DNA from: Octopus sinensis
Lineage: Eukaryota
Reading direction: 5' to 3'
DNA length: 64,000 nucleotides
NCBI RefSeq assembly: GCF_006345805.1
Contig: NC_042998.1
Span: 44,392,001 to 44,456,000 of the forward strand
Below, in pieces: positions 37,306 to 50,960 of the stretch; position 1 is the first letter of the stretch; each line of letters starts with the position of its first letter. The translations under genes were made by a program, and so were the position numbers. The notes beneath the pieces are model-generated. The model searched no databases, was not told the DNA's origin, and saw only the letters and a list, made by a program, of their open reading frames with translations.

Positions 37306-38090
37306 AATTCAAGCATATCTTGACGTCCATGTTTCATGCGGAGGGATCACGAATATACTCACTGTGTGTTTAGTTTCGTTAAAGTTAAAAGCACGCCTAC
37401 TCAGTCATAAATTTTGTGTATCAAGCGCAATCTGGAATAGAAAATGAAAAAAATCGGGTGACACGCTAGAGAACTAGAATTTAATTCATTGTAATAATAT
37501 ATTCAGAGAAGGAAGTTTAATAATGTTTGATTTATATTTAACTCATATGCAGTGTTAGCATTATTTTATATGTTAAGGTAAAATGACTTTGCAATTTATA
37601 CAGGATATTTTTTTTTGTTTTATAAACAATTCAACTGACATAGCAAGCATGATTCTCCCTGCACTGAAATTAAATTAATATTTGAAGAACATTTAGCTAC
37701 ACACCCTTCCGTGAAATATATGAATTACATGGCCTTTAATTTGTAAATATTTACAATGGTTAATACTTTCAAAATATCTAAAATATATTTCCAAACTGAC
37801 AACGGATAGCCACTTTCTTAAATCCCGCATGGAAATAACATGCTAATATTTGCATATATTTACAAATACCAAATTGAAAAGCGTGTGCGTGTGTGCGCGT
37901 GTGTGTGGGGGGGGTATAGAAATTAAATTCTAATCTGCAGAGAAATATTTATATTCTTAAAGTGTACACAATATTCAGCGAAGATGATCATTGGATTACC
38001 GTTAACTACATTTTAAATTTGCATTTATAAATTTTTGAACTATTAACTTGATATTCGAATGATGGGCGCTGTAAAATAGATTTCAAATTA

Positions 38091-38281
38091 TGGCACAAGG
38101 CCTGGAATTTAGAAAGAGTGGTGAATCGATTACATTGACGCCAGTGTTCAACTGGCACTTATTTTATCGACCCCGTAAGGATGGAAAGCAAACTCGAGCC
38201 GAGCAGAATTTGAACTCAGAACGTAAAGATGGACAAAATGCCGCTAAATATTTCGATTAGCGTGCTAACGATTCTCCCTGC
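38091..38281 (-). mobile_element. tRNA-derived SINE, family B (diverged)
   Basis: ttttatcgaccccgtaaggatggaaag...atttgaactcagaacgtaa...gtgctaacgattct. Confidence 0.85.
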
Positions 38282-38289
38282 TCACCTAT

Positions 38290-38717
38290 ACTCTCTTTAC
38301 TCTTTATTCTTTTACTTGTTTCAGTCATTTGACTGTGACCATGCTGGAGCACCGCCTTTAGTCGAGCAAATCGACCCCAGGACTTATTCTTTGTAAGCCT
38401 AGTACTTATTCTATTGGTCTATTTTGCCGAACCGCTAAGTTACGGTGACGTAAACACACCAGCGTTGGTTGTCAAGCGATGTTGGGGGGGGGGACAAACA
38501 CAGACACACAAACATATATATACACACACACACATATATATATATATACATATATACGACGGGCTTCTTTCAGTTTCCATCTACCAAATCCACACACAAG
38601 GCTTTGGTCGGCCCGAGTCTATAGTAGAAGACATTTGCCCAAGCTGCAATGCAGTGGGACTGAACCCGGAACCATGTGGTTGGTAAACAAGCTACTTATC
38701 ACACAGCCACTCCTGCG
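38290..38717 (-). mobile_element. tRNA-derived SINE, family A, full length
   Basis: Reverse complement of 53694-54097; directly abuts the family B copy. Confidence 0.92.
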
Positions 38718-38799
38718 ACTATGTGTGCTATAATATCAAAACTCCATTACGGCCGACTTAGTAGCATTATAGATCCCCGAGAAAATTATGGATACTTCG

Positions 38800-39400
38800 G
38801 CCTATAGTACTTATATATTAAAACCACTCTATAGCATACATAAATTAGCAATGGGTCCCTAGACCTCCAAAAACTTCGACCGGTTTCATCTCAGCTTGTC
38901 ATCAGATCATTTTTCCTGGGTTTGTTCATATTATCGGACTGGATTCGGGTTCGAAACTTTTAGTTTTAGGTTATAGTTGCAAAGCATTTACATACAGATC
39001 CAATGAACATGTACAAACCGATCAAAGTCAATCGAAGATGTAAATATTCATGTATTCCTCATCTTTAAATATGAGGTCAAATGTCCGAAAATTTATAATC
39101 TTATGTGCAATAGTTCATCTCATACCCTTGGACATTTAATCATATTTGTTTGCCATTCGGAATATTATTTGAATAAATCCTCGAAAATTAGGGGTAGACA
39201 ACAGTATGAATGTTGAATAAAACATGTCATCAATAGCGTAACTTTTCATCTATGTTCATGTATAAAGATATGTTTTAGAAAAACTCAACATCAAGCCAAT
39301 GAACCACACATGATCGATCGAATTTTCAAATCTACATGTACGTATGAACCAATAGATTCTTCTAACTATAGCCGAGTACACCAACAATAACATGAAGTTC
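38800..39400 (-). mobile_element. Probable decayed PLE 3' end with hammerhead core at 38878-38905
   Basis: Minus strand CUGAUGA-caagcugagau-GAAAC-CG-GUC has an intact core but poorly paired stems I and II; an upstream frameshifted QYNLK.FEP-like endonuclease end is plausible. Confidence 0.4.
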
Positions 39401-39418
39401 GATGGCATATTATTTATA

Positions 39419-39700
39419 AGGCGCATGGCTTAGTGGTTACAGTATATGAACCACGAGTTCGATACACGGCAGCTTCTTGTGTTCTTGAGCAAGATACTTT
39501 ATTCACGTTGCTCTAGTCCGCTCGAAAAATCAGTAGTACCTGTATTTAAAAGGGTCGCTGAATCTCCCCAAGAACTACGTTAAGGGTACACGTTTCTGTG
39601 CAGCGCTCAACCACTTGCATATTAATCTCACGAGCAGGCCGCTCCGTTGATCGCATCAACTGGCACCCGCGTAGTCGTAACCGACGGAGTACCAGAGAGA
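39419..39700 (+). mobile_element. tRNA-derived SINE, family C variant
   Basis: aggcgcatggcttagtggtta head, gagttcgat, gtgttcttgagcaagatactttattcacgttgctctag; body shared with 46870-47170 on the minus strand. Confidence 0.8.
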
Positions 39701-40207
39701 TCATCTAACTTTACATATATTTTCTATTAGTCGCATTTTTCGAAATTTAGCGTGCGAGGAAGCATAAAATAACTAAAAAAAAAAAGCATTGAAAGATAGG
39801 ATCGAAAATAGCTTTTCATACTTATCTTTATGTTTTTCTCATGTTGTTTATTTGGGTCCGTTTTTGTTCAAAAGTATTTGTTACCTGTTTTAGATAATCA
39901 AAACTCAATTTAAAATTTAAAAACCTAAAAAATAAAATTCGTTTTGGCTCTTTGAACACCTGTAACAGTTTGAAAGAACTAAATGTTATTGCTGTTGCAG
40001 CTGTTGCAGTTGTTATTGTTATTGGGTTATCATCATCAATGATAGTAATGCTTACGGTGGGGTGTTGCTTTGGCTGTATGGTGGTGGTGATGTTGATGGT
40101 GATGATAAGGACGATGACGATGTTGATTAGTAAGAGGATAACGACAACAATGATACTACAGTGGCGTGCGTCTGCATATACATATATATATAAATACACA
40201 CACACAC

Positions 40208-40244
<37 letters not shown>

Positions 40245-41199
40245 CGTACATACATACATGTGTATGTATGATTGATCATATATGCAATATCCATACAAAC
40301 GTGTGCATATGCACACGTTTGTATGACGACTGTTTTCAAATGGCAGCTATGCATTGAACAAAGCAAAAAGAAATTTAGCAAAAAGTACAACTTTGGCGAT
40401 TTCTACACAACGTTCGTGAGCGTAATATTATTTATGAGGTGTTTGCATGCAAGTGATCGTATGGAACCGAGTGAACGTCATTTTTTTCTGTTTTTGCTGG
40501 GTTTCTTTTATCGTATTTTACAAGACATAAATTCTGTAGTGATGCCAGATATTACAAATGAAATAGAAGGGTTGAAAATAACAATAAAATGGCGGCCTTG
40601 TGAAGATCATAACACGTTATATACGTTGTTATCACACTGTTTTGTATGCTTCAATTTTGAAAAAAACAAAATAGAAAACTGAAAAAGCTTTGTAAAGCAT
40701 CATCAGCATAGAATTATTTATTTATGGATGAAATGGAAGTCCAGATGGAATTGTGATAAAATACTATGTTTTACATATAATCAATTGTTTGGTTATTTAT
40801 TTGTCTGTTTGTTTGCTATTTTCTCAGTATGTATATTCATGAATATCAGAATTCAGTATCCTCGAATATAGTGGGTAATATTCCTGGATTTCCTTCGCCA
40901 TGTTATTTAAGTGGATAAATTCGGTTTCATAAACATCCTCACCAGTTTCCATGAAATCGAACGTAAATTACAGATCCATTTCTGGAATTAATCATACATG
41001 GATTATATGCCTAAATCTGTTTCTAAATAGCTATGAGCATTTGGAATTTCATAAAGAAAAAAAAAACGAATATAGATATACAATATAGAGGCTATAGATT
41101 GATTTCAACAACTGACGTATGAAAATATTGAACATGACGTATGATATATTAATTCAAACAATATAATGATTACTTGTGATGTATATAGATGGATATCAT

Positions 41200-41235
41200 T
41201 GCATATCGATACACACACACATATATATGTATGTA

Positions 41236-41288
<53 letters not shown>

Positions 41289-41343
41289 GTATGCATGTAT
41301 GTACGCATGTATATACATGTATATATATGTATATATATATATG

Positions 41344-41379
<36 letters not shown>

Positions 41380-41484
41380 ATATATATATATGTATATATA
41401 TATATATGTATATTATATATATATATATGTATGTATATATATACACACAGAATTATAGATGCGTATGTAAGTATAGAAATATAC

Positions 41485-41547
<63 letters not shown>

Positions 41548-41760
41548 GTATGTATATATATGTATACATACACACACAGAATTATAGATGCGTATGTAAG
41601 TATAGAAATATACCTACAGTATATATATATATATGCATATATGTATATACGTTCATACTCATACGTGTATGTGTAATATATAGCATATATGTGTATGCGT
41701 GTGCACATATATACAAATATGCATACATATATTCATATATTTACATCTGACTATATATGT
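41200..41760. repeat. TA-rich microsatellite containing a duplicated 45-bp unique core
   Basis: cagaattatagatgcgtatgtaagtatagaaatatacctacagta starts at 41448 and at 41577. Confidence 0.9.
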
Positions 41761-42300
41761 GGACATGTGTTTATAAGCATACATGCATCGCTATATACAT
41801 TTTGCGAGTGAGTGTGTCGAAAATGTGGTGGTGTGAAGATATATTTGTCTATGTATGATCGTGAGTGATTATGTGTATGAGCACCCATGGGAGTGTCTAC
41901 ATGTTCGCATCAATAAAAGCACGGATGTGAAGACATGCATACACAAGATAATTTGTCAAGGAAAGTTTTAAAAAAGCAAAACAGAATGATGTTTCTTATT
42001 GACTACAGAAACTCTTACAGCTGGCTGCATAACAGTCCAAGGCACATATTTCAATAATTACATTTTGTCTTTAATCTTCTTAAGACTAAAAAACATTGCA
42101 ATACAATATACTTTCTCTTTCTCTATATCGCTGCATTTATCATTATCTCTCTCTCTTCTCCATCACTTTTCATTGATAATCACTTGCTTCATGTAAACAA
42201 ATACTCAGATCTCTGTATGTGTTGCTCATTTTATATCTGCCTTTCTACGTATGTGAATATGCGCACATTTACTTTACACATGCCTACATGAATATATATA

Positions 42301-42380
<80 letters not shown>

Positions 42381-42419
42381 TGTGTGTGTACGTATGTATG
42401 TATATTCAATATGTGACCG

Positions 42420-42625
42420 CGTGTGTATCGTTGTCGAATTTTTTTCTCTCCGTCTTACCTTCCTTGGATCTTTCCTTTTCCTGTGTTTCTGACGAAGAGC
42501 TCTGCTCGAAACGTTAAATTCTCCTCCTTCCTTTCCTTTTCGGAGCGTCCAATAACACTATACTTGTTTCACGCCATTGCTTTGTTGTATTTTCTCTTTG
42601 TGTTTTCATGTTTAGATTAACTTTA
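42420..42625 (+). mobile_element. Solo PLE pseudo-LTR fragment with the best-preserved minimal hammerhead (42486-42518)
   Basis: uuu-CUGACGA-A-GAGC-ucu-GCUC-GAAAC-GUU-aaa; ACGU palindromic stem III; flanked by TG/TA repeats. Confidence 0.65.
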
Positions 42626-42627
42626 TT

Positions 42628-42669
<42 letters not shown>

Positions 42670-42672
<3 letters not shown>

Positions 42673-43130
42673 CGGTACTTACTCGTAACCGTGTTTGACT
42701 TATTAAAAGCAGAGGATATTCTGTAATTGAAAGAAGATACTTCAACAACGGTATCTCGCTCGTCGTGAGACTATGGGCCTTCCAACTGTACAGTTTCAAA
42801 AATGACCAGTGATGTGACAGCATATGCTGCTCAAATCCCGTCTAATGGATCTTGCTCTAGTTTTTAGCTTTTCGTCGATTTCATCTGTCTTTGTAAGCCT
42901 AGGTATTGTTTGCGATCAGACTCTGTGTTCCTCCTGGGAATCTCAAAGACCTCACTTTTGTCATTTTCTAATATTTGTATATCATTCCTTCAGAAAACGT
43001 CTTCGCCGACTAGGGTTCCAGTATGTAGTTCACGTGTCTTATCCAACAAAACTGCAATCTTCGCAGAGATAGAAAACATTAAACATATTTACCTGCTTGA
43101 GAACCACCTGACGCAGAGGTCGTCTTGCAA
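42670..43130 (-). pseudogene. Possible decayed LINE RT C-terminal fragment
   Basis: Minus-strand KQYLGL...LYSWKAHSLTTSEIPLLKYLLSITE weakly parallels RDLG...LDYCSQLWSP...ELEAIQRSYTK of the LINE at about 57000. Confidence 0.25.
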
Positions 43131-43193
43131 AGAAAAGTTTATGCAAACATGCTACATACAGACAAACATTCATACATATATATATATATACAC

Positions 43194-43234
<41 letters not shown>

Positions 43235-43295
43235 TTAACAGATATATATAGATATATACAGATTAATTATTTGTGTATAGGTGCATATAAATTTA

Positions 43296-43326
<31 letters not shown>

Positions 43327-43419
43327 GCGTGAGTGCATATGTTTATGTATGTACATACACATTTAAGCTTAACCATTGCGTTATTGTTAACCACTTGTTA
43401 CAGTTTACATATATATATA

Positions 43420-43445
43420 CATGTGTTCATATGTATACATATTAT

Positions 43446-43492
<47 letters not shown>

Positions 43493-43553
43493 ATATATGG
43501 TATATATATAATGGTATATATATATGGTATATATATATGGTATATATATATAT

Positions 43554-43595
<42 letters not shown>

Positions 43596-43830
43596 TATAT
43601 ATATATATAATATGGTATATATATATATATATTATATATGGTATATATATATATAATATATATTATATATATATATATATGGTATATATATATATATATA
43701 TATGGTATATATATATATATATGGTATATATGTATATGTATATATATATATATGATATATATGTATATATATATGTATATGTATGTACGTACGTATATAT
43801 GTATATACGAGTAAACATGTATGAATGTAT
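43420..43830. repeat. (TA)n array punctuated by periodic TGG
   Basis: Repeated tatatggtatata units. Confidence 0.9.
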
Positions 43831-44254
43831 ATGAATAAGCACAAAGCCACTCACGTACATATGTGTGTGAGTATGTTTTCGTATTTGTATATGTATGTGC
43901 ATCTTTTAAATGTGACGATATGTGCATATCCGGTGCACTTAAAAAATTTTACCGTGTAAAAATGACATATACTTTCGTAACTATGCACTAAATGTTCATA
44001 TAAATAATTTATTGCAATTCCTGGTCATAAACGGTTCACTGAGGATATAGTGTTGCAGATATTTCATTGCGTTTTTGTGCAGAACTCTTTATCTTGCATC
44101 GTCGCAATTCTGCGAATCGTTGTTAACAGATAAAAACTTTTCAGTGCTTATTTGAGTGTTATTCACGTAACATTGTTGCAGCATGGATTTTAGCGCTAAC
44201 TATTCTCTCCCAATTTCTAACCAATAAATAAAACGTAAAGCTGTAATTCCAGTG

Positions 44255-44350
44255 GGTAGGTATTTGTCAATTGCATTCACCCTGGTACTTGACTGATATT
44301 GTATTTTATCGATCTCGAATGGTGAATGGTAATGTTGACCTCGGCGTAAT
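44255..44350 (-). mobile_element. Diverged SINE family B fragment
   Basis: ctggtact...ttttatcgatctcgaatggtgaatggtaatgttgacctcggcgtaattt. Confidence 0.55.
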
Positions 44351-46869
44351 TTAATAAATAATTAGTAAGAGAAATAACTTGAACTGAGATCATTACAGTA
44401 ATGTGGGGTTTTTTTTCTTCCCTAGATTAATACAGCGCTCAAATCTTAAAACATCAGAAGGAAAATTTCGTTTTGAGCTCAAAATCTTGTATATTTACAA
44501 ATATCATTCCTTTCTTGAAACGAAATCGTTCATCTTCTATTCTAAATCCACTTTTCTCAAGAAGGAAGATGCCGTTTGTGATATGTAGAATCCATTTTCT
44601 ACACATCCCCTCACGTGAAAATCAACGAAATAACTTCCTGTCAATCTTCCTGTAAGTCTATTTTTCGCATTTCTCTAAATTCATTTACTTTCTCTGGTGT
44701 TCACTAAACTCCTTAAATCACAAGCATTCATCAGAGTGTGAGTCTATCTCAACCTAACTCTTTAAAATCATATTTTGAGACATCAATGCACAATTCGTAA
44801 TAGGCCCAGTTACAGAGAAAACTTGTATGCGGTTCTTTGTGCTACCAGAGATAGAAAACAAATTTCCCCTAAATCATTCCATACTATCTGATAAAACGCT
44901 AGAACAGATTGTATATCGTAGTCCTAAGTGTATGTAAAAAGATGCGATGGCCACTGCTGGAATGTCTTTGACCTCAAACCCGATCGACCTGAATTTATCC
45001 GAATCAAAATAATATCGCTAACAGCAAAAGCACCATTACATCTTTGGTTTCGCAAATCCTTCTACGATAGCTATTGTAGAGTTGCCGTCAATAGTTCGTA
45101 TCCTTAGTTAGACAGGTCCTTGACAGATATCCACAATTCTATGCCACTTATCCTTGGACCCATCTGACACTGCTAAGTAAGTGGTTAAACCTACTTAGAC
45201 CGCTCAACACACATTGCTGAATATCTCAATCTTGAATCCTGAAACTCGCTCACTAACAGTTGTGCTGATGAAGGACATTGCATTAAAAGAGCTGAAGAAA
45301 GTGGGCCATCATCCTCAACCGATAAGTACGAGCAAATGAGAAAGCCGTTAGTATTTGTCGATCTACTAGACATAGCAGCCAGTCTCGTATCATACACCAT
45401 AGCCTGAGAAACGCGCACGCTGTATGATTTTGACCAGAGTTACTTATAGTTTGAAAACGACGGGACGGTTTTCAATGCAGGAATGACCAACAACTCAGAA
45501 GCATTTCATTTACTGCTTCATTTGCAGAATGACTGTCAAGAAATCAAAGAATATCTTCATGAGTCACACGACCTACAAGCCTTTTCACCTTTCAAACTGC
45601 ATTAATCCATTGCTATGTGTATACCCAGCAATGTTTCGAGATTACCCTAAACAGATAAATTGACCGCTTCTACCGGATCGGTGTGATCAACTCGCTGAGC
45701 ATTTCCGCGTTTCTCCGTATGCAATGATCCGTTTCAATCAATAAAATTATTTTCCGAAATTGACATGTACCACTCTTTCTTAAAATAACAATTTAAACAT
45801 CGATGAAAATAACCATTAAAATATACCTCTTATATCATCGAATTTCAGAGACGACGAATACATTTTTCTTAGAATGATATCTACCGAAAAATCACATTCT
45901 TCGGCGCATATTGATGGTCACACAATCATGGGATATTCTGTAAAAAGTGTTACCAAGAGAACATCCTCTTCACTCTACTTGATTAAGAGCTACATTTGTC
46001 TCATATTTGTTGTCTAGAAATATCAGGTTGCTTCAGTTCATAGTGCGCTAATGGAAGTCTATTGATTCTCATATCAATTATGATTTGTACCAAGAATCGA
46101 TTACAGCTCACACTATCTTCTTTTCATATATTAATGCCCTATATGCTGTCACTTCTGACCATACCTCAACTCATATTCAGCTGAAAATACTCTTCATTCT
46201 GCTCTGGATTTTTCGAATACAAGAGTATACACATCCAAGACATATCGTAGTAGATAGACCCTTTGTCTATTTAACTGCATATTCCCACCTCAGAACAATC
46301 GATACGTATGTCAATGAAACAAACGATCATGCATTACAGACGGTCAATGTATGACTAATAACCAAGCCACAACGCAGTTATATTTTTAATCAATTCTTCT
46401 GCATATGTGGTTTCTCGTTGCCAAATCACGAAAGCGGAATCTCAAAGACTAGTATTCCCATTAAATACGTCAGTATTGATTAGTTGCTGACAAAGCTCAA
46501 GAGCCACTTACATTAATGTTTACTGTCGTATCCCGCTGAAAACCTCGATTGTCGTCCAATTATTGAAGCTATATCGAGCCTAGTTACTATTTATTTAGAT
46601 GGTGACTACTTGGAAAAGGCCCAAGCGTCGTAAACATTTTCTGAAGCAACAAGGGAGAATTTACTTAGCAGAATGACCTGTCAGAAATAGTGACCAAATC
46701 TCCCTCGTATCACACATTGTTGCATCAATAACAAAAATAATTGATGGTAGAGTCCAAGACACGCTCTACAAAAATGAGACGTTCAGGGTTTGAAAACTTG
46801 ATTCTAGGTCTGCTCGATCATATCTGAACTGGCAAAGAACGACATGAAAATACTTGAACCCTGTTAGTT

Positions 46870-47170
46870 GCAACAGCTGGGACTCCAGTTGATACAATCG
46901 ACAGAACACCGTTCTCGTTAAATTAACGTGTAAATGGTTGAGCACGCCACAGACACGAGTACCCTTGTGAACGTACTTCTTGGGGAGATTCAGCCTGACA
47001 TACGATATAACAAGACTGGCCCTTTGAAATACCGGTACTACTTTGTTACCAGTTGAGTTGACTAGAGCAATGTGAAATAAAGTATCTTGCTCAATGACAC
47101 ACTATGCTGCCAGGAATTGAACTCACGACTGTACGATCGTGAGCCGACTTCCCTAACCACTGTGCCTCGC
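46870..47170 (-). mobile_element. tRNA-derived SINE, family C variant
   Basis: gagcaatgtgaaataaagtatcttgctcaa...aattgaactcacgac...cctaaccactg; homologous to 39419-39700. Confidence 0.8.
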
Positions 47171-47329
47171 ACTTTCACAAACAGTACAAACAATAGTAGA
47201 GAATTGCTGACATGTACGAGATAAAGTTACAGTTGCTGTTGCTGCTACAGCCATAATCATGGCTTCTCTCTCTTTTCAACCAATATTACAACGTATCTCA
47301 TCAAATATATCACACATGCACCCTCCAAC

Positions 47330-47620
47330 AAATCTAATTTAATACATCTCACTCTCATCTCGACATAAGTACCTTTTTTTTTCAGTCATTCAACTCTTGA
47401 GATGCTTCCGTATCGAACCCCCACCACTACTAACTCAAACACCACAAACGCACATTTATGAATGGTTTCCTTCAGATAATAAATTAGAGAATTTCAAATC
47501 TTACACCATTGCATAGACCTCGCCAATCTGATACAGTTTTCGAAATCCCTGGGGCTATCGCCTTCATGCTCTTTCTGAATAACTGATTCAAATATATCCA
47601 TAAATTTGACGACTCCATAA
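47330..47620 (-). pseudogene. Possible Tx1/L1-like LINE C-terminal relic
   Basis: Minus-strand VVKFMDIFESVIQKEHEGDSPRDFENCIRLARSM loosely resembles recalled Tx1-like C-termini. Confidence 0.25.
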
Positions 47621-47705
47621 ATGTGATAAGCATGCATACATATACATATGTATATATATGTGTGTGTGTGTGTGAATGTGTATATATATATACACACACA
47701 CACAC

Positions 47706-47737
<32 letters not shown>

Positions 47738-47889
47738 ATGTATATATATACATATATGTATATGCATATATAAACATAGATACAAACATTCATATATATA
47801 CATACATATACATACATGCACATATCTGTTGTATGTATATATATATGCACACACACATATATACATATGGTATATGTATGTATGCTTAT

Positions 47890-47922
<33 letters not shown>

Positions 47923-48110
47923 TTATATATACATAATACATTTGTATACACATACATATGTATACTTATAAATACATGTGTATGATGTATGTATTTATGT
48001 GTGTGTGTATATATATATGTGTGTGTGTCTGCGTATGTATGTGTGTGTATGTGTATGTGTGTATGTATGTATGTATGTATGTATGTATATATGTATGTAT
48101 GTATGTATTC
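47620..48110. repeat. Compound (TA)/(TG)/(CA)/(TATG) microsatellite
   Basis: Direct inspection. Confidence 0.95.
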
Positions 48111-48664
48111 TCTTTCTATGATCTGTTCGAAACTAATCCCAAAAACTCCCGATATTCTGTCGTGGCAAGAAAGAAGACAAAGAAAACAAATATAAAAATA
48201 GAGTACTGTTAATAACGAAATTTACGAGAGTCACATGCAATACATTGATGCATGCGATCTGTTCACCACAATTGGCATGAAGTGAAAACTAATTTTCTAA
48301 ATTTAATACCGTTATAATGTGAACTTAAGAAACGTGACCGTCATTAAAAGAAAAAAACTAAAGATTAAAGAAAAATAGTACCGATTTGGTTTTTGTTTTT
48401 TTGTGTTCCCTGCCGATGAAGGTGCTTAGTGAATGTAACGCGTTAGAGTTGATTATATCGTTAAGGCGGATAAACGTAATTGTAAATGGGAATATGTGTA
48501 AGAAGAAAACGGGTAAGTAGAGTGGATAGAGCGCCGGTATGAATACATGGCTGTGATATTTGTACTGTTTCTCTGCTTTTCAAAATTCATATCATAGCGA
48601 GGTCAACGTTTTGCATTTCATTCATTTGGGGTCAATTAAGTGACAGACAAATATTGCTGTCGTT

Positions 48665-48725
<61 letters not shown>

Positions 48726-48734
48726 TCTGTATAG

Positions 48735-48924
48735 ACCATGCTGGAGCACCGCCTTAAAAGGTTTTAGTAAAAAAATCGACGCTAGGGTTTATTCTATCAG
48801 TCACGTTTGCCAAACAGCTAAGTTAGAGGGACGTAAACATATCGTCACCATAAAAACACTGAGATCGGTTATCAACCATGGCGGGAAAACAAACACAGGC
48901 ACATAGATGCACACACATAAATAT

Positions 48925-48980
<56 letters not shown>

Positions 48981-49020
48981 CGGGTGTCTTCCACTGTCCC
49001 TCTGCTAAATCGACTCACAA
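48735..49020 (-). mobile_element. SINE family A, partial and diverged
   Basis: ccatgctggagcaccgcctt tail, aaacagctaagtta, and aaatcgactcacaa near the head. Confidence 0.75.
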
Positions 49021-49222
49021 TGTATATGTATATATATGTATATATATATATATATATATATGTGTATATATATATATATATATATGTATGTATATATGTA
49101 TATATATATGTGTATATATATATATGTGTATATATAGATGTGTATATATATATGTGTATATATATATGTTTATATATATGTGTATATATATATGTTTATA
49201 TATATATGTATATACATATGTT

Positions 49223-49261
<39 letters not shown>

Positions 49262-49305
49262 GTATGTATATATGTATGTATATATGTATGTATGTATATG
49301 TATAA
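49021..49305. repeat. (TA)n/(TATG)n microsatellite
   Basis: Direct inspection. Confidence 0.95.
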
Positions 49306-49329
49306 AAGACAAAAAGAATGAAAAAAAAC

Positions 49330-50960
49330 TGCAGAAGGCTTGTGTTATATGGTTAAAGAATATATTTAAATCTTTATGTTAGCAAAAGGTTATAAACTTT
49401 ACTTATAGTAACAATTTTTTTGAGAAATAACCGGGTTTCGTTTTTTTTTCGTTTTTTTTTGTTCAAATTTCTCAAATTTCTTTGCCTATTTTGTGTCATG
49501 TCTCCGCAATGTTGTGAAATTTGGAATTCCAGACAGGAAAAGGTAATCAGGGATGTTTTCCGGTATAAGGGAGATAATCAAAAATGTTGGGAATGACTAG
49601 GTTTTATAAATTTAACATGATTTGGTTTAGAAGGAATAGAATATTACAAGTGGTTAGGTTTTGCTTTATATTTTTTCAATGAGGTGAGTTTCCTTTATTA
49701 AAAAGTGTTAGAAATGGTTAGGTTTTGGCTTATATGTTTCAATGAAGAAGGTTTCCTTATTTAATCTAACTTGTGTGTGTGATTTCGGTTGTTTGTGGTT
49801 TTGAAGGATTTTATGTGTGAGTAAAATTTCCTTTAATTTGGGGTCCTTATGTAGCATTGGTAAATTTTGGGTGATGATGGTGAAGGCCTCTTTGTTTCTG
49901 GGGTTGTATGTAGATATGTACAGCAGTATTTTCGGGGAAGGCGTGTTTCTGTGTTGAACTTTTCTTAAGGTTTCTATGTCGATTAGTGTTGCACGTCTGA
50001 TTCCATCCTGCGTAGAGTTGGGGTCATATTTTAACCCTTTTGAGAGGATGTCTATTTTTGTGCTTGAAAGAAGTTTACTTGAGAGGTTAATTATCTTCGG
50101 TTTTTCCTGATCAACAGGTTCCAACCTGTGTCCTGGTGTCTCTGGTTTGGGGCTAAAAATGTTGGTTGCAATTTTATTTGCATGAGCTGTCTGTGGTGTT
50201 GTACGGGATTGGTCTGAAGAAATGGTGGTATTGTTGCCTCAGATTGTTATGTGCGTGTAGGTGTCTATAGATGTTTTGTTTAGTGATGTGTGTAACATTT
50301 CTGTATGCGGTATATTTTTGTGTGGAATTTCTTGTATGCGGGACGTTTCTTGACCTAGTGTTATTTTCTGCTGTTCTTGTGTCCGGTGGAGACCAGTAAT
50401 TTCGGGTCATGGGGTAGTAGTGCCTGGTAGGTGGTGTGTCTCTTATCCTAGTGTTGTTTTGTGTTATTATGGGTTGGGTATGCCTGGTATTGGGACGCTA
50501 GTGGTGTATTCTACTCCTGGTATATGGGTGATCTTTAGATTTGGTGTAATCTATTTCATAAATGCGTCGGCTATCAGCTTGTTTAGTTTTGGGTGGTTCA
50601 AAAATTGTGGTTGTGGGTGATTTCTGTTTATGGTGTATGGAGGATAATGAAGAGGGTTGTTGTTGATTAAGTGGTTAAAATTGTGGTGATTTCTGCGTTG
50701 TTCAGTTTTTGTTTGTTATTTATAATTGTTTTCTTTAGAAAATGATTATCTGCATTGAATTTTTTTAAAAATCTTATTCATATCTTTGGAAGAAATGATT
50801 GCTTTTTCCCAGCGTAGGAGAGAATTTTTTTCTTCCTTTTCACGGAATTCTTTCCAAAGATTTATGGTGTTTTCGAGGTGTTGTCTCTCGGTTTGTTAGT
50901 TTATTTCCCTGTGCATCTCCTCGTCGATGTTTTTATATTTTTCTTCATTAAGCAATAATA
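49330..50960 (-). mobile_element. Internally deleted (RT-less) PLE, Neptune-like, between TA arrays
   Basis: ORF 49708-50124 joins the pre-RT motif IINLSSKLLSSTKIDILSKGLKY to linker QDGIRRA...YISTYNPRN...QNLPML..DPKLKEI and to the endonuclease end RLNKETFFIETYKPKPN. Decayed N-terminal coding to about 50950; hammerhead relic GAGAAAU...GAAAC-CCG-GUU-AUUUCUC at 49422-49473. Confidence 0.75.

Noticed and set aside
40330-40790. Possible mariner-like relic
   Set aside because: Only vague peptide resemblance; no TIR pair or catalytic motif found.
44700-46800. Moderately GC-enriched unique-looking stretch as a possible exon cluster or transposon
   Set aside because: Short ORFs only, with no recognisable motif or consistent splice pattern; left unannotated pending a homology search.
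48405-48450. gatgaagg...aacgcgttagag hammerhead-like remnant (similar at 58005-58035)
   Set aside because: Core nucleotides absent (no CUGA or no GAAA); at most eroded pseudo-LTR traces.
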